The notes under the pieces: model-generated
Seen by the model: only the letters and a program-made list of their open reading frames with translations
Told to the model about the DNA's origin: nothing
Databases searched by the model: none
Shown: positions 1 to 11,975 of the stretch, one piece after another
How positions within the stretch are numbered: position 1 is the first letter of the stretch
How the letters are laid out: the number at the start of each line of letters is the position of its first letter
Position numbers and translations under genes: made by a program
From: Octopus sinensis
Lineage: Eukaryota
Direction: 5' to 3'
Length of the DNA stretch: 64,000 nucleotides
Assembly (NCBI RefSeq): GCF_006345805.1
Contig: NC_042998.1
Coordinates: forward strand, 145,018,001 to 145,082,000

Positions 1-18
1 AGAAATGGTATGGTTCCA

Positions 19-192
19 GGTAAAAAGTACCCAGTACATTTTGTAAAGTGGTTAAGAATGGCATCCAGCTGTAGAAACTGAGACAAAACAGACTATGGAA
101 CCTGGTGTGGCCCCTGGATTTGCCAGTTGCTGTCAAGTTGTCCAACCCATTCGAACATGGGAAATGAATGTCAAATGTTGATGATGATGATA
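19..192 (+). mobile_element. Old, degenerate 3' tail of RTE-clade LINE
   Basis: Contains GGCATCCAGCTGTAGAAAC and GTCCAACCCAT and ends in (GAT)n, like the 3'UTR of the RTE copy at 29925-31443. Confidence 0.7.
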
Positions 193-640
193 GTATATAT
201 ATATATATATATTTTATACATATATGTATGTGTGTGTGTGTATTAATGCTTGTTCTTATGTGCAGTTATAATAAAAACAATTTTACATTCATTGGACGGG
301 TTACTTGAACTTATATTAAGTACAAATTTATTATTCTTATACAAGAATGTTGTTGACAGTGACTTCAAAGTTTTCGCTACTTAACCTATGACTGGACTCA
401 TTAATCTCTTAGTGCAAAAAAAGACTAAGACAATGGGCCAAGAACTTGTTTGACCATGTGGTAAAATGTGGATTTGCTTTTGAATCTTAGCTAAGATATT
501 CTGTAACTGTTCTTACATCACTCTCCTCCCAGATAATTTAATAAATAGCCATATTAATAATCAATCATATTAGATATCAATCAAATAATATTCTCATTTA
601 TCATTTCTCTGATCTGCATTATCACATTAAATATCATTGT

Positions 641-650
641 TATATATATA

Positions 651-691
<41 letters not shown>

Positions 692-710
692 TGTGGTGTG
701 TGTGTGTGTG

Positions 711-746
<36 letters not shown>

Positions 747-771
747 ATATATATATATATATAATATATAT

Positions 772-801
<30 letters not shown>
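641..801. repeat. Compound (TA)n/(TG)n microsatellite, representative of dozens in the window
   Basis: Read directly from the sequence; it explains the ORFs at 581-865. Confidence 0.98.
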
Positions 802-802
<1 letters not shown>

Positions 803-1745
803 GACACTTGTGAAGACCTGTTGAGGCAAGTAATAATCAAATCAAATCAAAACAAATCAAAATAGATGAACATCAATGGAATTTGTATCTTTGTGGTACC
901 AGTGCCGGTGGCACACAAGATAACCATCTGAACGTGGCGGTAGTCAGTACCACATCGACTGGCCTCCGTGCTGTGGGCACGTAACAAACACCATCTGATT
1001 GTGGCCGTTCGCCAGCCTTATCTGGCACCTGTGTCGGTGGCACATAAAAACACCATCCGAAGACCCGGGAAGACTAGTCAGGCCATAACCCGTGGCCCCT
1101 ACCTGGGACGTAGTCAGTCCACCTGTGCATACCTTCCTTCTTATGACACTTGTGAAGACCTGTTGAGGCAAGTGTGTGACACTTGTGAAGACCTGTTGAG
1201 GCAAGTGTGTGACACTTGTGAAGACTTGTTGAGGCAAGTGAAAATCAAAAAATCAAAATAGATGAACATCAATGGAATTTGTATCTTTGTGGTACCAGTG
1301 CCGGTGGCACACAAGAAAACGTTCCGAACGTGGCCGTAGCCAGTACCGCATCGACTGGCCTCCGTGCTGTGGGCACGTAACAAACACCATCCGATCGTGG
1401 CCATTCACCAGCCTCATCTGGCACTTGTGTCGGTGGCACATAAAAACACCATCCGAGCGTGGCCGTCTGCCAGCCTTGTCTGGCACCTGTGTCGGTGGCA
1501 CATAAAAAAACACCATCCGAGCATGGCCGTTCGGCCAGCCTCGTCTGGCACCTGTGTTGGTGCACATAAAATCACCCACTACACTCTCGGAGTGGTTGGC
1601 GTTAGGAAGGGCATCCAGCTGTAGAAACACTGCCAGATCTGACTGGCCTGGTGCAGCCTTCGGGCTCCCCAGACCCCAGTTGAACCGTCCAACCCATGCT
1701 AGCATGGAAAGCGGACGTTAAATGATGATGATGATGATGATGATT
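802..1745 (+). mobile_element. 5'-truncated RTE LINE (last codons plus 3'UTR at 1061-1745) preceded by a partial duplicate of its own 3'UTR (802-1060)
   Basis: AAGACCCGGGAAGACTAG at 1060 matches the ORF end (KTRQDK*) of the RTE at 30536. It is followed by the same UTR modules and a (GAT)n tail. Confidence 0.85.
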
Positions 1746-2348
1746 ATTATTATTATTATCATTGTCATTTTATTACAAGTGGTACATATATATACATACA
1801 TATATGTATATAAATCAATTCAAGGAAAAAGTAATTTTCTTCAAAGGTATGGAAAACATTCAATTTTCACTGGTAATTCAGTTAAATACCACAATATAGT
1901 AGAAAAAAAAAATCCGAACTTAAAATGGTATAATTTCAATATATAAATATATAAATATTAAAGGAAATATTTAACCTGATGAGACTCATATGTATAAAAG
2001 TGAATTTTTATAAATTCTCCAGTGAAAATGAGTTGAAACAAATTGTAGGATATGTATTTGTTTTAATTAGTTGTTATATTATTTAATATTATATAATATT
2101 ATTATATTATATTATTTTTTTATAGTATAATAATTTTATATTATAATGTTAATGTTATATTGTGTTATATAATGTTAATAAATTTTTAATATGTTGATTG
2201 TATTTCTCTATTTCCTTTAATATTTATATATATGTATATGTGTGTGTATGTATGTATATATTATGTGTGTGTATATGCATATATATATAATACACACACA
2301 CACTTATACTTACATTACACTTACAATACATACACACACACATATATA

Positions 2349-2390
<42 letters not shown>

Positions 2391-2424
2391 ATATATAATA
2401 TACATATAATATATATATATATAT

Positions 2425-2484
<60 letters not shown>

Positions 2485-2508
2485 TATATAATATATATAT
2501 TATATATA

Positions 2509-2547
<39 letters not shown>

Positions 2548-2558
2548 TCTATATATAT

Positions 2559-2725
2559 TGTGGAGGCGCAATGGCCCAGCGGTTAGGCAGCAAACTTGCA
2601 GTTGTAGGATTGCAGTTTCAATTCCCAGACCAGGCGTTGTGAGTATTTATTGAGTGAAAACACCTAAAGCATCATGAGGCTCCGGTAGGGGTTGGTGGTG
2701 AATCCTACTGTACTCTTTCACCACA
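2559..2725 (+). mobile_element. tRNA-derived SINE, 5' part
   Basis: A-box-like TGGCCCAGCGGTTAGG and B-box-like GTTTCAATTCC, followed by a non-tRNA body. Confidence 0.75.
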
Positions 2726-3289
2726 TCAGTTCAGAATTATGGAAATGTATGCGTTAGTCATTATTTATATTTTGAATGGAGGCAATACCAGCAGAAAACT
2801 AGAGGAACTTGACCTATTATCCAATAGAATATTCAATATATATGTGTACTTTCTTCGACATTAATAAATTAATATAAAGTTCGAGATAATATAGTATTAA
2901 AAACATACAAGTATATAAACATATAAATATTTAATATTTAAAAATACGCAAATATTTTAAAATATTTAAAAATATTTAAAGATACGTAAGCATTTTAAAA
3001 AATATATAAATACATAAATAGATACATAAATAGATATAAAAATGTCGATATGATATAAGATAAAAACTTGTAGGTATATAAAAATATTTAAAAATACTCA
3101 TATATATAAATATAAATATACAGGCGAAATAGAAAACATCAATATAACATAAGACTTGTTGAATTATTAATTCACACGATAATATACAAGGGAATAAAGA
3201 TTAACAAGTTACAACACGGAGTCCAGTGGAAAGTTAGAAATTATCAAACATTAAAAGGACATACTAATACACAAAGATAATGTTCCATC

Positions 3290-3375
3290 AACGGGCTGTT
3301 TCGAAGATGTGTCAGATAATATGACATAAATTTCATATTTTACTGAAGCAGACACTCCCCTCATCAGGAGGCTTC
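3290..3375 (-). ncRNA. Degenerate hammerhead-ribozyme-like motif (Penelope-type relic)
   Basis: Minus strand reads CTGATGA (3367-3361), then GGGGAGTGTC...GACACATCTTC (about 10-bp stem II), then GAAAC (3302-3298) AGCCC GTT. Stem I is imperfect. Confidence 0.45.
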
Positions 3376-3689
3376 ACAACATGAATGACACAATGATAGC
3401 AACATATAAAAGGACAACTTACTTTGTTACATTCTAGCCAATTTCAAAAAGTCTTTTTGACAATTCACTAATCCCCTTTATAGAACAGTTATGAATATTA
3501 TACGCACACATACTGTGATTTACATATACTAGGTGATCATAAGTGCAACACCCTAACCACTAAGCTATGCACCTCCACATGCATGCACACATGCACATGC
3601 ACATACACATATGCATGCGTGCACACATACACACAAGCATGCGCATGCACACAAACACACACACACATGCATACACACACACACACACG

Positions 3690-3870
3690 CATACACACAC
3701 ACAACACTCTTTTTTCAGCAGTTTCCATCTTACAAATCAACTCTCAAATCTTTGGCTGCCCTGGGGAAATAGTAGATAACACTTGCCCCAGGTGCTATGC
3801 AATGGAATTGAACCTTAAACAACATGGTTGGAAAGCTAGAAATTTTCACTAATGTTCCATCAACCCATTG
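3690..3870 (-). mobile_element. SINE fragment (microsatellite-bearing family)
   Basis: ACACTTGCCCCAGGTGC...GAACC...ACATGGTTGG is the reverse complement of the SINE head at 22392. Confidence 0.65.
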
Positions 3871-4162
3871 ACTTACTGAACATTATTATTTTACAGTTTT
3901 TTTTCTTGTTTTTTTTTTTTTTTTCAGTTATTTCATGGTGTTCTTAGACCATTTAACCTCATCCATTTCATCTTATCTGTATGAAAAATTGGTACCAAAA
4001 TGACCTAGAGAAGAATAGACTTTGTTATGTTCTGAAACAACCTAAATATTTTCTCATCAGAGGTAAACCCCTCACCCATTATCTTCAGCTATAACAACAA
4101 CAAGTTAAAAGGTTAGGGATAAATCACGTATAGTTTTCTCTGCTATTACTGTTGTTTGTTAA

Positions 4163-4199
<37 letters not shown>

Positions 4200-5184
4200 A
4201 ATGTGGTAGTTGTTGTTGTTATTATGGTATATTAATACTGAGTAAACTATGTAACCTATGTAACACACGGGAGATGTGAAGGCATCCCACCCAGAGCACC
4301 AAATAGCTTCCATTTCAAAAGCATGAGTTAATCACATATATCAGTTAATATATGCAAACCTGGAAAGTCTATAATACAGAATAAGAAATGGTTGAAAAGT
4401 TCTGGGCCTCACAAACAACTTTTACTCTTCTCTTTCTCTATTATATTCTTACCCTTGCATCCATCCCTCAAGCATCTTCGTCATCACCCTTTCCCCTTTA
4501 TAAACAGATGACAACAAGGTAAAACGTGTATGTCAAGTGTGTTATGCTATCTAGTAATGACTGATCATGATTTGACTGTTTGCTTTAGTATGTTTAGTAT
4601 AAAAATGAACATGAAACTGGAATGGTGGCTATGTAACATGATTCTGAAAGATACAAGAGTTATTTGGTTAGGAAATTATATTGGGGAAAGAAATTGGGTT
4701 AAAAATGTTAGAAGGCACTGAAATTAGTTACTCTGGCTGCTTATTAGAGATCAAGGAAAGACTTGAGATGAAGTAGTTGTGTTGTGGTGTTAACAAACAA
4801 GGCAAGTAGTTTGGAGAATAACTTGACTAAGTGGGTTGTAATGAAGGACTACAATGCTGACACATCACATCTATCAAATACCAGCCTGCAAAACCTGATG
4901 GCATACTTGATGAACACATTTATTCCTTATTTATTGATTATATTATATACACTGACTGTGTGTGTAAAGTATTTCTCCCTGATCGACATATCTAAATATT
5001 GATTTGGCAATAGATAAAGACTTTAAACTCTTTGGTTATGAGAAGGAATGACTGCAAGTGGACAGATCCACATGTTTACTGATCCTAAGAGCAAAATGTG
5101 TTTTCATGCATCATGTACATTCAATAAAACGCAACACTGGTGACTATACTGAATTAGTAATGAAACAGGTTAAGGTGTTGCATA

Positions 5185-5278
<94 letters not shown>

Positions 5279-5337
5279 TAAATCCATCATCTATCTGCCT
5301 ATCTGTCTGAATGTCTATCTATCTATCCATCTATCCG

Positions 5338-5413
<76 letters not shown>

Positions 5414-5713
5414 CCTGTCTATCTAAATATGTGTGTGTATGTATATGTATACATATGTATTCTCATTCATTGTTTTAGCATATACTTTTCCATGATTGCA
5501 TGCATCAGATGGAATTTGTTGAGACAGATCCCTGGCAGTATGCTCTTCCTGACACCAAATCTCACTTGTTTCAAAGCAAGGTAATATCTCCCCCAGGCTA
5601 GATGTGTTTTCACAAAAGACTGGAAATGAAGGATGTTTCTTGTATGATGACAGCACTTGTTTACAACTACATTTATGTGTGTGTGCATGTGCATATGTAC
5701 ATACATACATATA

Positions 5714-7251
5714 TCTATATATATAAAACTCTAGTTGTGTGAGTGTCTGTCCCCTTCGATTTAGATTCCTAACTCCTCCCACATTTTGCGGTGCAGTTTA
5801 ACCAAATTCGGGTATCTTATAGTCGTGATTCATATCGAGCCCATCTGACTATTAGCGCGCGTCAACGATGAGTCTACGATTTTAAAAATAATTTAACATC
5901 ATTTTTTATTCCATTTTAATGCATAAAATGCATCGTGTGTCGATGGCGGCGGAGTTGGCGTCCACGCTCACAGCTGCACCTGTTTGCTCTCCCCCTTCCC
6001 TCCCTCGTGAAGCTGTGGGGAAGGGAGTGTAAAGAAATCAACGTCGTAATGCGTTGTGAAGGAGACCAGCGTTCTTTTAGAACAACGACTTCATGGCTTG
6101 AAGACACCAAAACAAAAATGGCTAAGAAAGCCCGAATTTATAAGGGAAGTAACTCTCTAAAAATGCTTATATAGTTATTTCCCTTACAACCCGAGCAACG
6201 CGGGCGATACTGCTAGTCTATATATATAAAACTCTAGTTGTGTGAGTGTCTGTCCCCTTCGATTTAGATTCCTAACTCCTCCCACATTTTGCAGTGCAGT
6301 TTAACCAAATTCGGGTATCTTATAGTCGTGATTCATATCGAGCCCGTCTGACTATTAGCGCGCGTCAACGATGAGTCTACGATTTTAAAAATAATTTAAC
6401 ATCATTTTTTATTCCATTTTAATGCATAAAATGCATCGTATTTCGATGGCGGCGGAGTTGGCGTCCACGCTCACAGCTGCACCTGTTTGCTTCTCCTCCT
6501 TCCCTCCTCGTGAAGCTGTGGGGAAGGGAGTGTAAAGAAATAACGTCGTAATGCGTTGTGAAGGAGACCAGCGTTCTTTTAGAACAACGACTTCATGGCT
6601 TGAAGACACCAAAACAAAAATGGCTAAGAAAGCCCGAATTTATAAGGGAAGTAACTCTCTAAAAATGCTTATATAGTTATTTCCCTTACAAACCCGAGCA
6701 ACTCCGGGCGATACTGCTAGTCTATATATATAAAACTGTAGTTGTGTGAGTGTCTGTCTCCTACGATTTAGATTCCTAACTACTCCCACATTTTGCGGTG
6801 CAGTTTAACCAAATTCGGGTATCTTATAGTCGTGATTCATATCGAGCCCGTCTGGGTATTGGCGCGCGTCTACAATGAGTCTACGATTTTAAAAATAATT
6901 TAACATCATTTTTTTCCATTTTAACGCATATTTTTTCGTGTGTCGATGGCGGTGGAGTTGGCGTCCATGGTCACACCTGCACCTGTGTTGCTTCTCCCCC
7001 TTCTTCCCTCCCTCGTGAAGCTGTGGGGAAGGGAGTGTAAGGAAATCAACGTCGTAAGGCGTTGTGAAGGAGACCAGCGTTCTTTTAGAACAACGACTTC
7101 ATGGCTTGAAGACATTGAGTCAACGATTTAAAAAAAAAATTACCATAATTTTTTATTCCATTTTTAATGCATTTTTTTGCTATAACTCTCTAAAAATGCT
7201 TATATAGTTATTTCCCTTACAAACCCGAGCAACGCCGAGCGATACTGCTAG
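5714..7251 (+). mobile_element. Three head-to-tail copies of a ~0.5-kb non-autonomous Helitron (5714-6216, 6217-6720, 6721-7251)
   Basis: Each copy starts TCTATATATATAAA and ends in a GC hairpin (CCCGAGCAACGC(C)GGG) followed by CGATACTGCTAG. The array lies between A5713 and T7252, the Helitron A|T target, with no TSD. Confidence 0.92.
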
Positions 7252-7392
7252 TATATATATATAATATATATATAATATATATATATGTATGTATGTACAT
7301 ATGCACATGCACACACACACAAATGTAGTTGTAACAAGTGGTGTCATCATACAAGAAGCATCCTTCATTGTATATATATATATATATTATAT

Positions 7393-7470
<78 letters not shown>

Positions 7471-7567
7471 ATATATATATACATACACAGACACACACTC
7501 ACACACACAGACACACACTCACACACACAGACACACACACACATATATATGTATATATATATATATA

Positions 7568-7681
7568 TCACGTGATCACGCGACCGACCAGACCATCAGA
7601 CGTTGTTACACATCGCTGGTCACAATGCGTTCGCATTGTTTTAGCCTTCGAATGACGCCACCCCGCTGGCTAAGTGAGCAG

Positions 7682-7685
<4 letters not shown>
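7568..7685 (-). mobile_element. 3' part of a tRNA-derived SINE, probably the family at 2559
   Basis: GC-rich segment CACGTGATCACGCGACC...GGCTAAGTGAGCAGGCC between microsatellites. The family assignment is from recall of the repeat. Confidence 0.55.
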
Positions 7686-7714
<29 letters not shown>

Positions 7715-7719
<5 letters not shown>

Positions 7720-8231
7720 TCTTTAAAGATGCTCACAAAATATTTGGTTCAGAATATATTTGTCCTGGCACAGGAGTAAACATCACTTTGGTTTTCTCCA
7801 GACTAATTGTGAGTCTGAAATGTACACATGCAGTGGAAAATCTGTCTACTAAACATTGCATATCCTTCTCTGAGTGTGCCAACAATTCAGCATCATCAGC
7901 ATAAAATAATTCTCTAACAAGTATTTTGAAAGTCTTTGCTTTGCAGTTAAACTGGATCAAATTAAAAATATGACCAGATGTCTAAAATCTGATTCCAGTT
8001 TCTCTGTTGCAATCCTTGAAAGCATACCAAAGCAATGAAGCAAAATAAATAGAGAAAAGTGTAGGGGTAGGAATATCTCCCTGTTTAACACCATTGTCCA
8101 CCAAAATTCATGAGATAGCTCACCATTAAAGACTACCTGAGCTTTCATGTTTCTGTGTAGTTCCTTAAAGATGCTCACAAGATGTGTTGAGCAACCAAGT
8201 TTACGCAAAACAATCCACAGTGCCTTAGTTA
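7715..8231 (-). mobile_element. RTE/BovB-like reverse transcriptase fragment, frameshifted
   Basis: Translates to [12 protein letters not shown]...VFNGELS...ELFYADDAELLAHSEKDMQCLVDRFSTAC...LTISLEKTKVM, containing the catalytic YADD. Confidence 0.9.
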
Positions 8232-8370
8232 TGTATATATATATATATATATATGCATAAATATATGCATATATGCATATATACATATATGCATATATAC
8301 TTATATGCATATATACATATATGGATATATACTTATATGCATATATATATATATATATATAGATAGATAG

Positions 8371-8652
8371 ATATGTAAGAATTTTTTGCATAATGAGATA
8401 AAAAAACCAAGGCTGTGTAGATGTTTGAACATTTATAGATAGAAGGTCTTACAGCTGTTTCCAGAATATTTATTAATCATATCCCTTCATCGGAGACAGT
8501 GTGAGAGGTTGACGGTGTGAGAGGTTGACGGTGTCTCTTATAAAGGGATATAATTAATAAATATCCTGGAAACAGCTGTAAGACCTATCTATAAATGTTC
8601 TAATATCTACACAGCCTTGGTTTTTTATCTCATTATGCAAAAAATTCTTATA
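8371..8652. mobile_element. Fold-back element: two inverted ~125-bp arms, each with a minimal hammerhead-type motif (Penelope pLTR-like)
   Basis: The arms are reverse complements (TAAGAATTTTTTGCATAATGAG...CTCATTATGCAAAAAATTCTTA). Motifs lie at 8446-8497 (-) and 8533-8584 (+). The spacer is a duplicated GTGTGAGAGGTTGACG. Confidence 0.8.
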
Positions 8653-8789
8653 TGCACACACTGACATATGGCCAATGTTGAACCCCTTATTCGCAAAATT
8701 ACTGAACCTGGAACTTAACTATGGTCTGTCTATAGCACTTATTCAGCATTACCTGACACCTTTGGGTCTCAATGACACCATTACCTCTT

Positions 8790-9157
8790 ATCATCATCAT
8801 CGTTTAACGGCCGCTTTCCATGCTAGCATGGGTTGGACGGTTCAACTGGGGTCTGGGAAGCCAGAAGGCTGCACCAGGCCCAGTCTGATCTGGCAGTGTT
8901 TCTACAGCTGGATGCCCTTCCTAACGCCAACCACTCCGTGAGTGTAGTGGGTGCTTTTTATGTGCCAGACGAGGCTGGCAAATGGCCACGATCGGATGGT
9001 GCTTTTTATGTGCCACTGGCACGGAGACTAGACGAAGCTGGCAATGGCCATGAATCGGATGGTACTTTTTACGTGCCACCGGCATGGAGGCCAGTCAGGG
9101 CGGCGCTGGCTATGGCCATGTTCGGATGGTTCTCTTACGTGCCAACGGCACTGGTAT
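8790..9157 (-). mobile_element. RTE LINE 3'UTR copy
   Basis: (CAT)n followed by CGTTTAACGGCCGCTTTCCATGCTAGCATGGG and GTGCC..GGCAC modules. Confidence 0.9.
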
Positions 9158-9162
9158 CATAG

Positions 9163-9212
<50 letters not shown>

Positions 9213-9262
9213 TTTCAAATATGAATGAGAAGCAGCTCAAGGAATACAAAACAACATCGATA

Positions 9263-9640
9263 ACACATACACAAGGTTATGTGTTTTGCCAGTTTGTGGG
9301 CAGGCTGTGATTTATAGGTATGAGAGAAAATTTTCTCCTCAATACACCTAGTGTAAAAACCCCTAGAAGTCATTGACAAGTGAGATAAGTCATGCCAGGA
9401 CCATTGCAGGAGTGGTAGACATCAATATTTCATCATCTATGTGATTTATCAATACCATGCCACAAAGATGACAAAACATTAATGTCTACCACTCCTGCAA
9501 TGAACTGGGCATGAGTTATCTCACTTGTCAATGACTTCTAGGGGTTTTTACACTTGGCGTATTTATGAGAAAATTTTCTTTCATGCCTATAAATCACAGC
9601 CTGCCCACAAACTGGCAATACACATATCTTGTATATGTGT
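9263..9640. mobile_element. Fold-back MITE with ~150-bp inverted arms
   Basis: GCCAGTTTGTGGGCAGGCTGTGATTTATAGG...GGAGTGGTAGACAT is mirrored by ATGTCTACCACTCC...CCTATAAATCACAGCCTGCCCACAAACTGGC. Confidence 0.85.
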
Positions 9641-10682
9641 GTTTGATATCACACACACACACACACACAATAGGCTTCTTTCATTTTCTGTCTCCCAAAA
9701 CCATCACAAGGCTTTGGTCAGTATCCTGAGCAAGTAGAAGATGCTTGCTCAAGATGAAAGTATGAAAAAGATGACATTAAAATGATGGTAATGATGATGA
9801 AGATAATGTCAAGGACAATGATGGTGGTGGTGGTGGTGGTGGTGGTGGTGGTGGTAGTGGTAGTAGTAGTGGTGTGAGTGATGGTGGTGCTGCTGATGAT
9901 GACTATGATGACAACAATAACGACAATGATGTTTGTGGTAGTTGTGTTGGTAATGACGATGACTTGTTTTTTTTTTTGAGAATTCGATTCTGATCAAGAT
10001 TCATTTTATAAACTGTTAACATTTAACTCTGCTTATCTGTTTGGCACCATGCTGGTTGATATAATAATATTATAAATATCATTATTGATTTAATGTTTCT
10101 TTCTTAAATCTGGTGTGGCCTTGCAGAGTTTATATAATTGCTCTTTCCATGAAGCTTATTGTTTTCTTGGTCATTTTTATCTGCAGTCTTCTATCTTTTG
10201 TCATATATGTTTTATCTTTTACTTGTTTCACTCATTCGACTGGCACCAGTACTTTATATTTTAATTCTTGTATTTATTCTATCAGTCTCTTTTGCCAAAC
10301 TGCTGAGTTTTGGGATCATAAACAAACCAACACAAGCTGTCAAGTGATGAAGGGAATAAACACAAACACAAAGACACACATACACTCATATGATGGGCTT
10401 CCACACAGTTTCCATCACAGTTTCCATCAAGCAAATTTTCTCACAATGCATTGATTGACCCAAGGCTATAGAGGAAGACATTTGCCCCAGGTGTGGTGCA
10501 GTGTGTTTGAACATGAATCCATGTGATTGCAAATGAGCTTCTTAACCACATAGACATCCCAGCACTTAATATTTCTAGAATACAGTCTAACAACCTCATC
10601 CTAGATTTTTCTTTCTTCTGTCTTTTATTCCCTCTCTCTTCCCAACTGCAATCTAATTGAGTTAGGAAAGGAGATTTTATAT

Positions 10683-11029
10683 CAGTGGTTTTCAACCTAT
10701 GGGTCTTTAGATTACTACTTTACTTTGGTGGACTCCCATAGCCATTCAATGTTTAAAGACTACTTTTATAGATACTTCTTCCAAAATTTCTATTTTTTTT
10801 ATCACACATTAACTTGTGTAGGGTCAACCATGTAAAATGTTAGAGAAAGAAATCTTGCTGTTTGTTGCAATAATACATCCAAAACAAAATGTTTACATAG
10901 ATACTTAATAAAATACTGTAGGTCCACAATTTACTATTTTGCTTACATGGGCCCCCAAAAATCTTATATGGATCCTGAAGGGTCATATGGACGCCAAAGG
11001 GTCAGATGGACCCCAGATGAAAATCACGA
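10683..11029. mobile_element. hAT-type MITE
   Basis: CAGTGGTTTTCAACCT...AGATGAAAATCACGA termini with a degenerate 8-bp TSD (TTTTATAT/CTTTATAC). Confidence 0.6.
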
Positions 11030-11599
11030 CTTTATACAGTCATTCTAGCCTGTTAGAAGTAGAAAATAATCGTCAAATACCCTCAAATTACACCATACCA
11101 TGTTAAAAAACAGAAAAATACATTGGATATAAATAAATATTGGATACATTATATTACATGAAAAGATTCTGCCAGCTCACTGCCTTAAAATAATATTGGT
11201 TTTAATTTTTGGCACAAGGCCAGCAATTTGAGGGGAGGAGTTAGTTGATTATATCAGCCTTAGTATTCAAATGGTACTTATTTTACTGACCCCGAAAGAC
11301 TGAAAGGTAAAGTTGACCTTAGCAGTATATGAACTCAGAATGTAAAGATGGACAAAATGCCACAAAGCATTTTGCCTGGCATGCTAACAATTCTGCTAGC
11401 TTGATGCCTTAAAATAATATCAACTGTTTATTTAAACATGAATATACATTACTGATAACAAGGGTTTCTAATAAAGGCCCAAAATCTGAGGATGTTAGGG
11501 ATGTAGTAAATTATATGAATCACAGTGTGTGACTGATACTCTGTTTTATTGGTGTGTTCTTCATAATACACCCTAACATTTTGTCAGCCCATCTTTATA

Positions 11600-11975
11600 T
11601 ATTTTCCAGCTACTCCCATATGTTACAGGGTAGCTACATATCTCCTCTACAGCAAGATACCTGTTCATGTCCCTCTATCACCTCTCATCACCCAGCACAA
11701 AGCACCTCCTTCTCTACTACAACACCACTCAGTCAAGGAGACTTGTCATGGGAGTTACTCAGTGACCTCACTCATACCAGTCCCATGATAAAAGAACCCA
11801 GTACATTTTGTAAAGCGGCTGGTGTTAGGAAGAGCACTCAGCCATTGAAACCATGTCAAAGCAGACATTGGTGTTTGACACAGCATTCCAGCTTTTTGTA
11901 TTGTCAAACTGTCCAGTCCATATCAGCATGGAAAATGGATGTTAAATAATAATGATGATGATGATGGTAATGATG
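11600..11975 (+). mobile_element. Old RTE-type 3'UTR
   Basis: CCCAGTACATTTTGTAAAG..GGTGTTAGGAAG...CAGCATGGAAAATGGATGTTAAA plus a (GAT)n tail. Confidence 0.6.

Noticed and set aside
581-865. ORFs rich in YI, HT, VC, poly-I, poly-N or poly-H here and at many other positions
   Set aside because: They are translations of simple repeats, not genes.
1144-1240. 33-bp direct repeats resembling a CRISPR array
   Set aside because: There are no spacers, the context is eukaryotic, and the repeats are part of an RTE 3'UTR.
4050-4070. CTGATGA on the minus strand with a short stem
   Set aside because: No stem I and no GAAA in register; a chance hit. The same applies to hits near 7890, 18055, 22343, 33122 and 42105.
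4530-5160. Possible very old LINE endonuclease remnant (VMKDYNAD resembling GDFNA)
   Set aside because: Only one weak motif with no supporting frame, too decayed to call.
5916-7131. Repeated 60-80 aa ORFs
   Set aside because: They recur only because the non-coding Helitron unit is triplicated; no Rep or helicase motifs.
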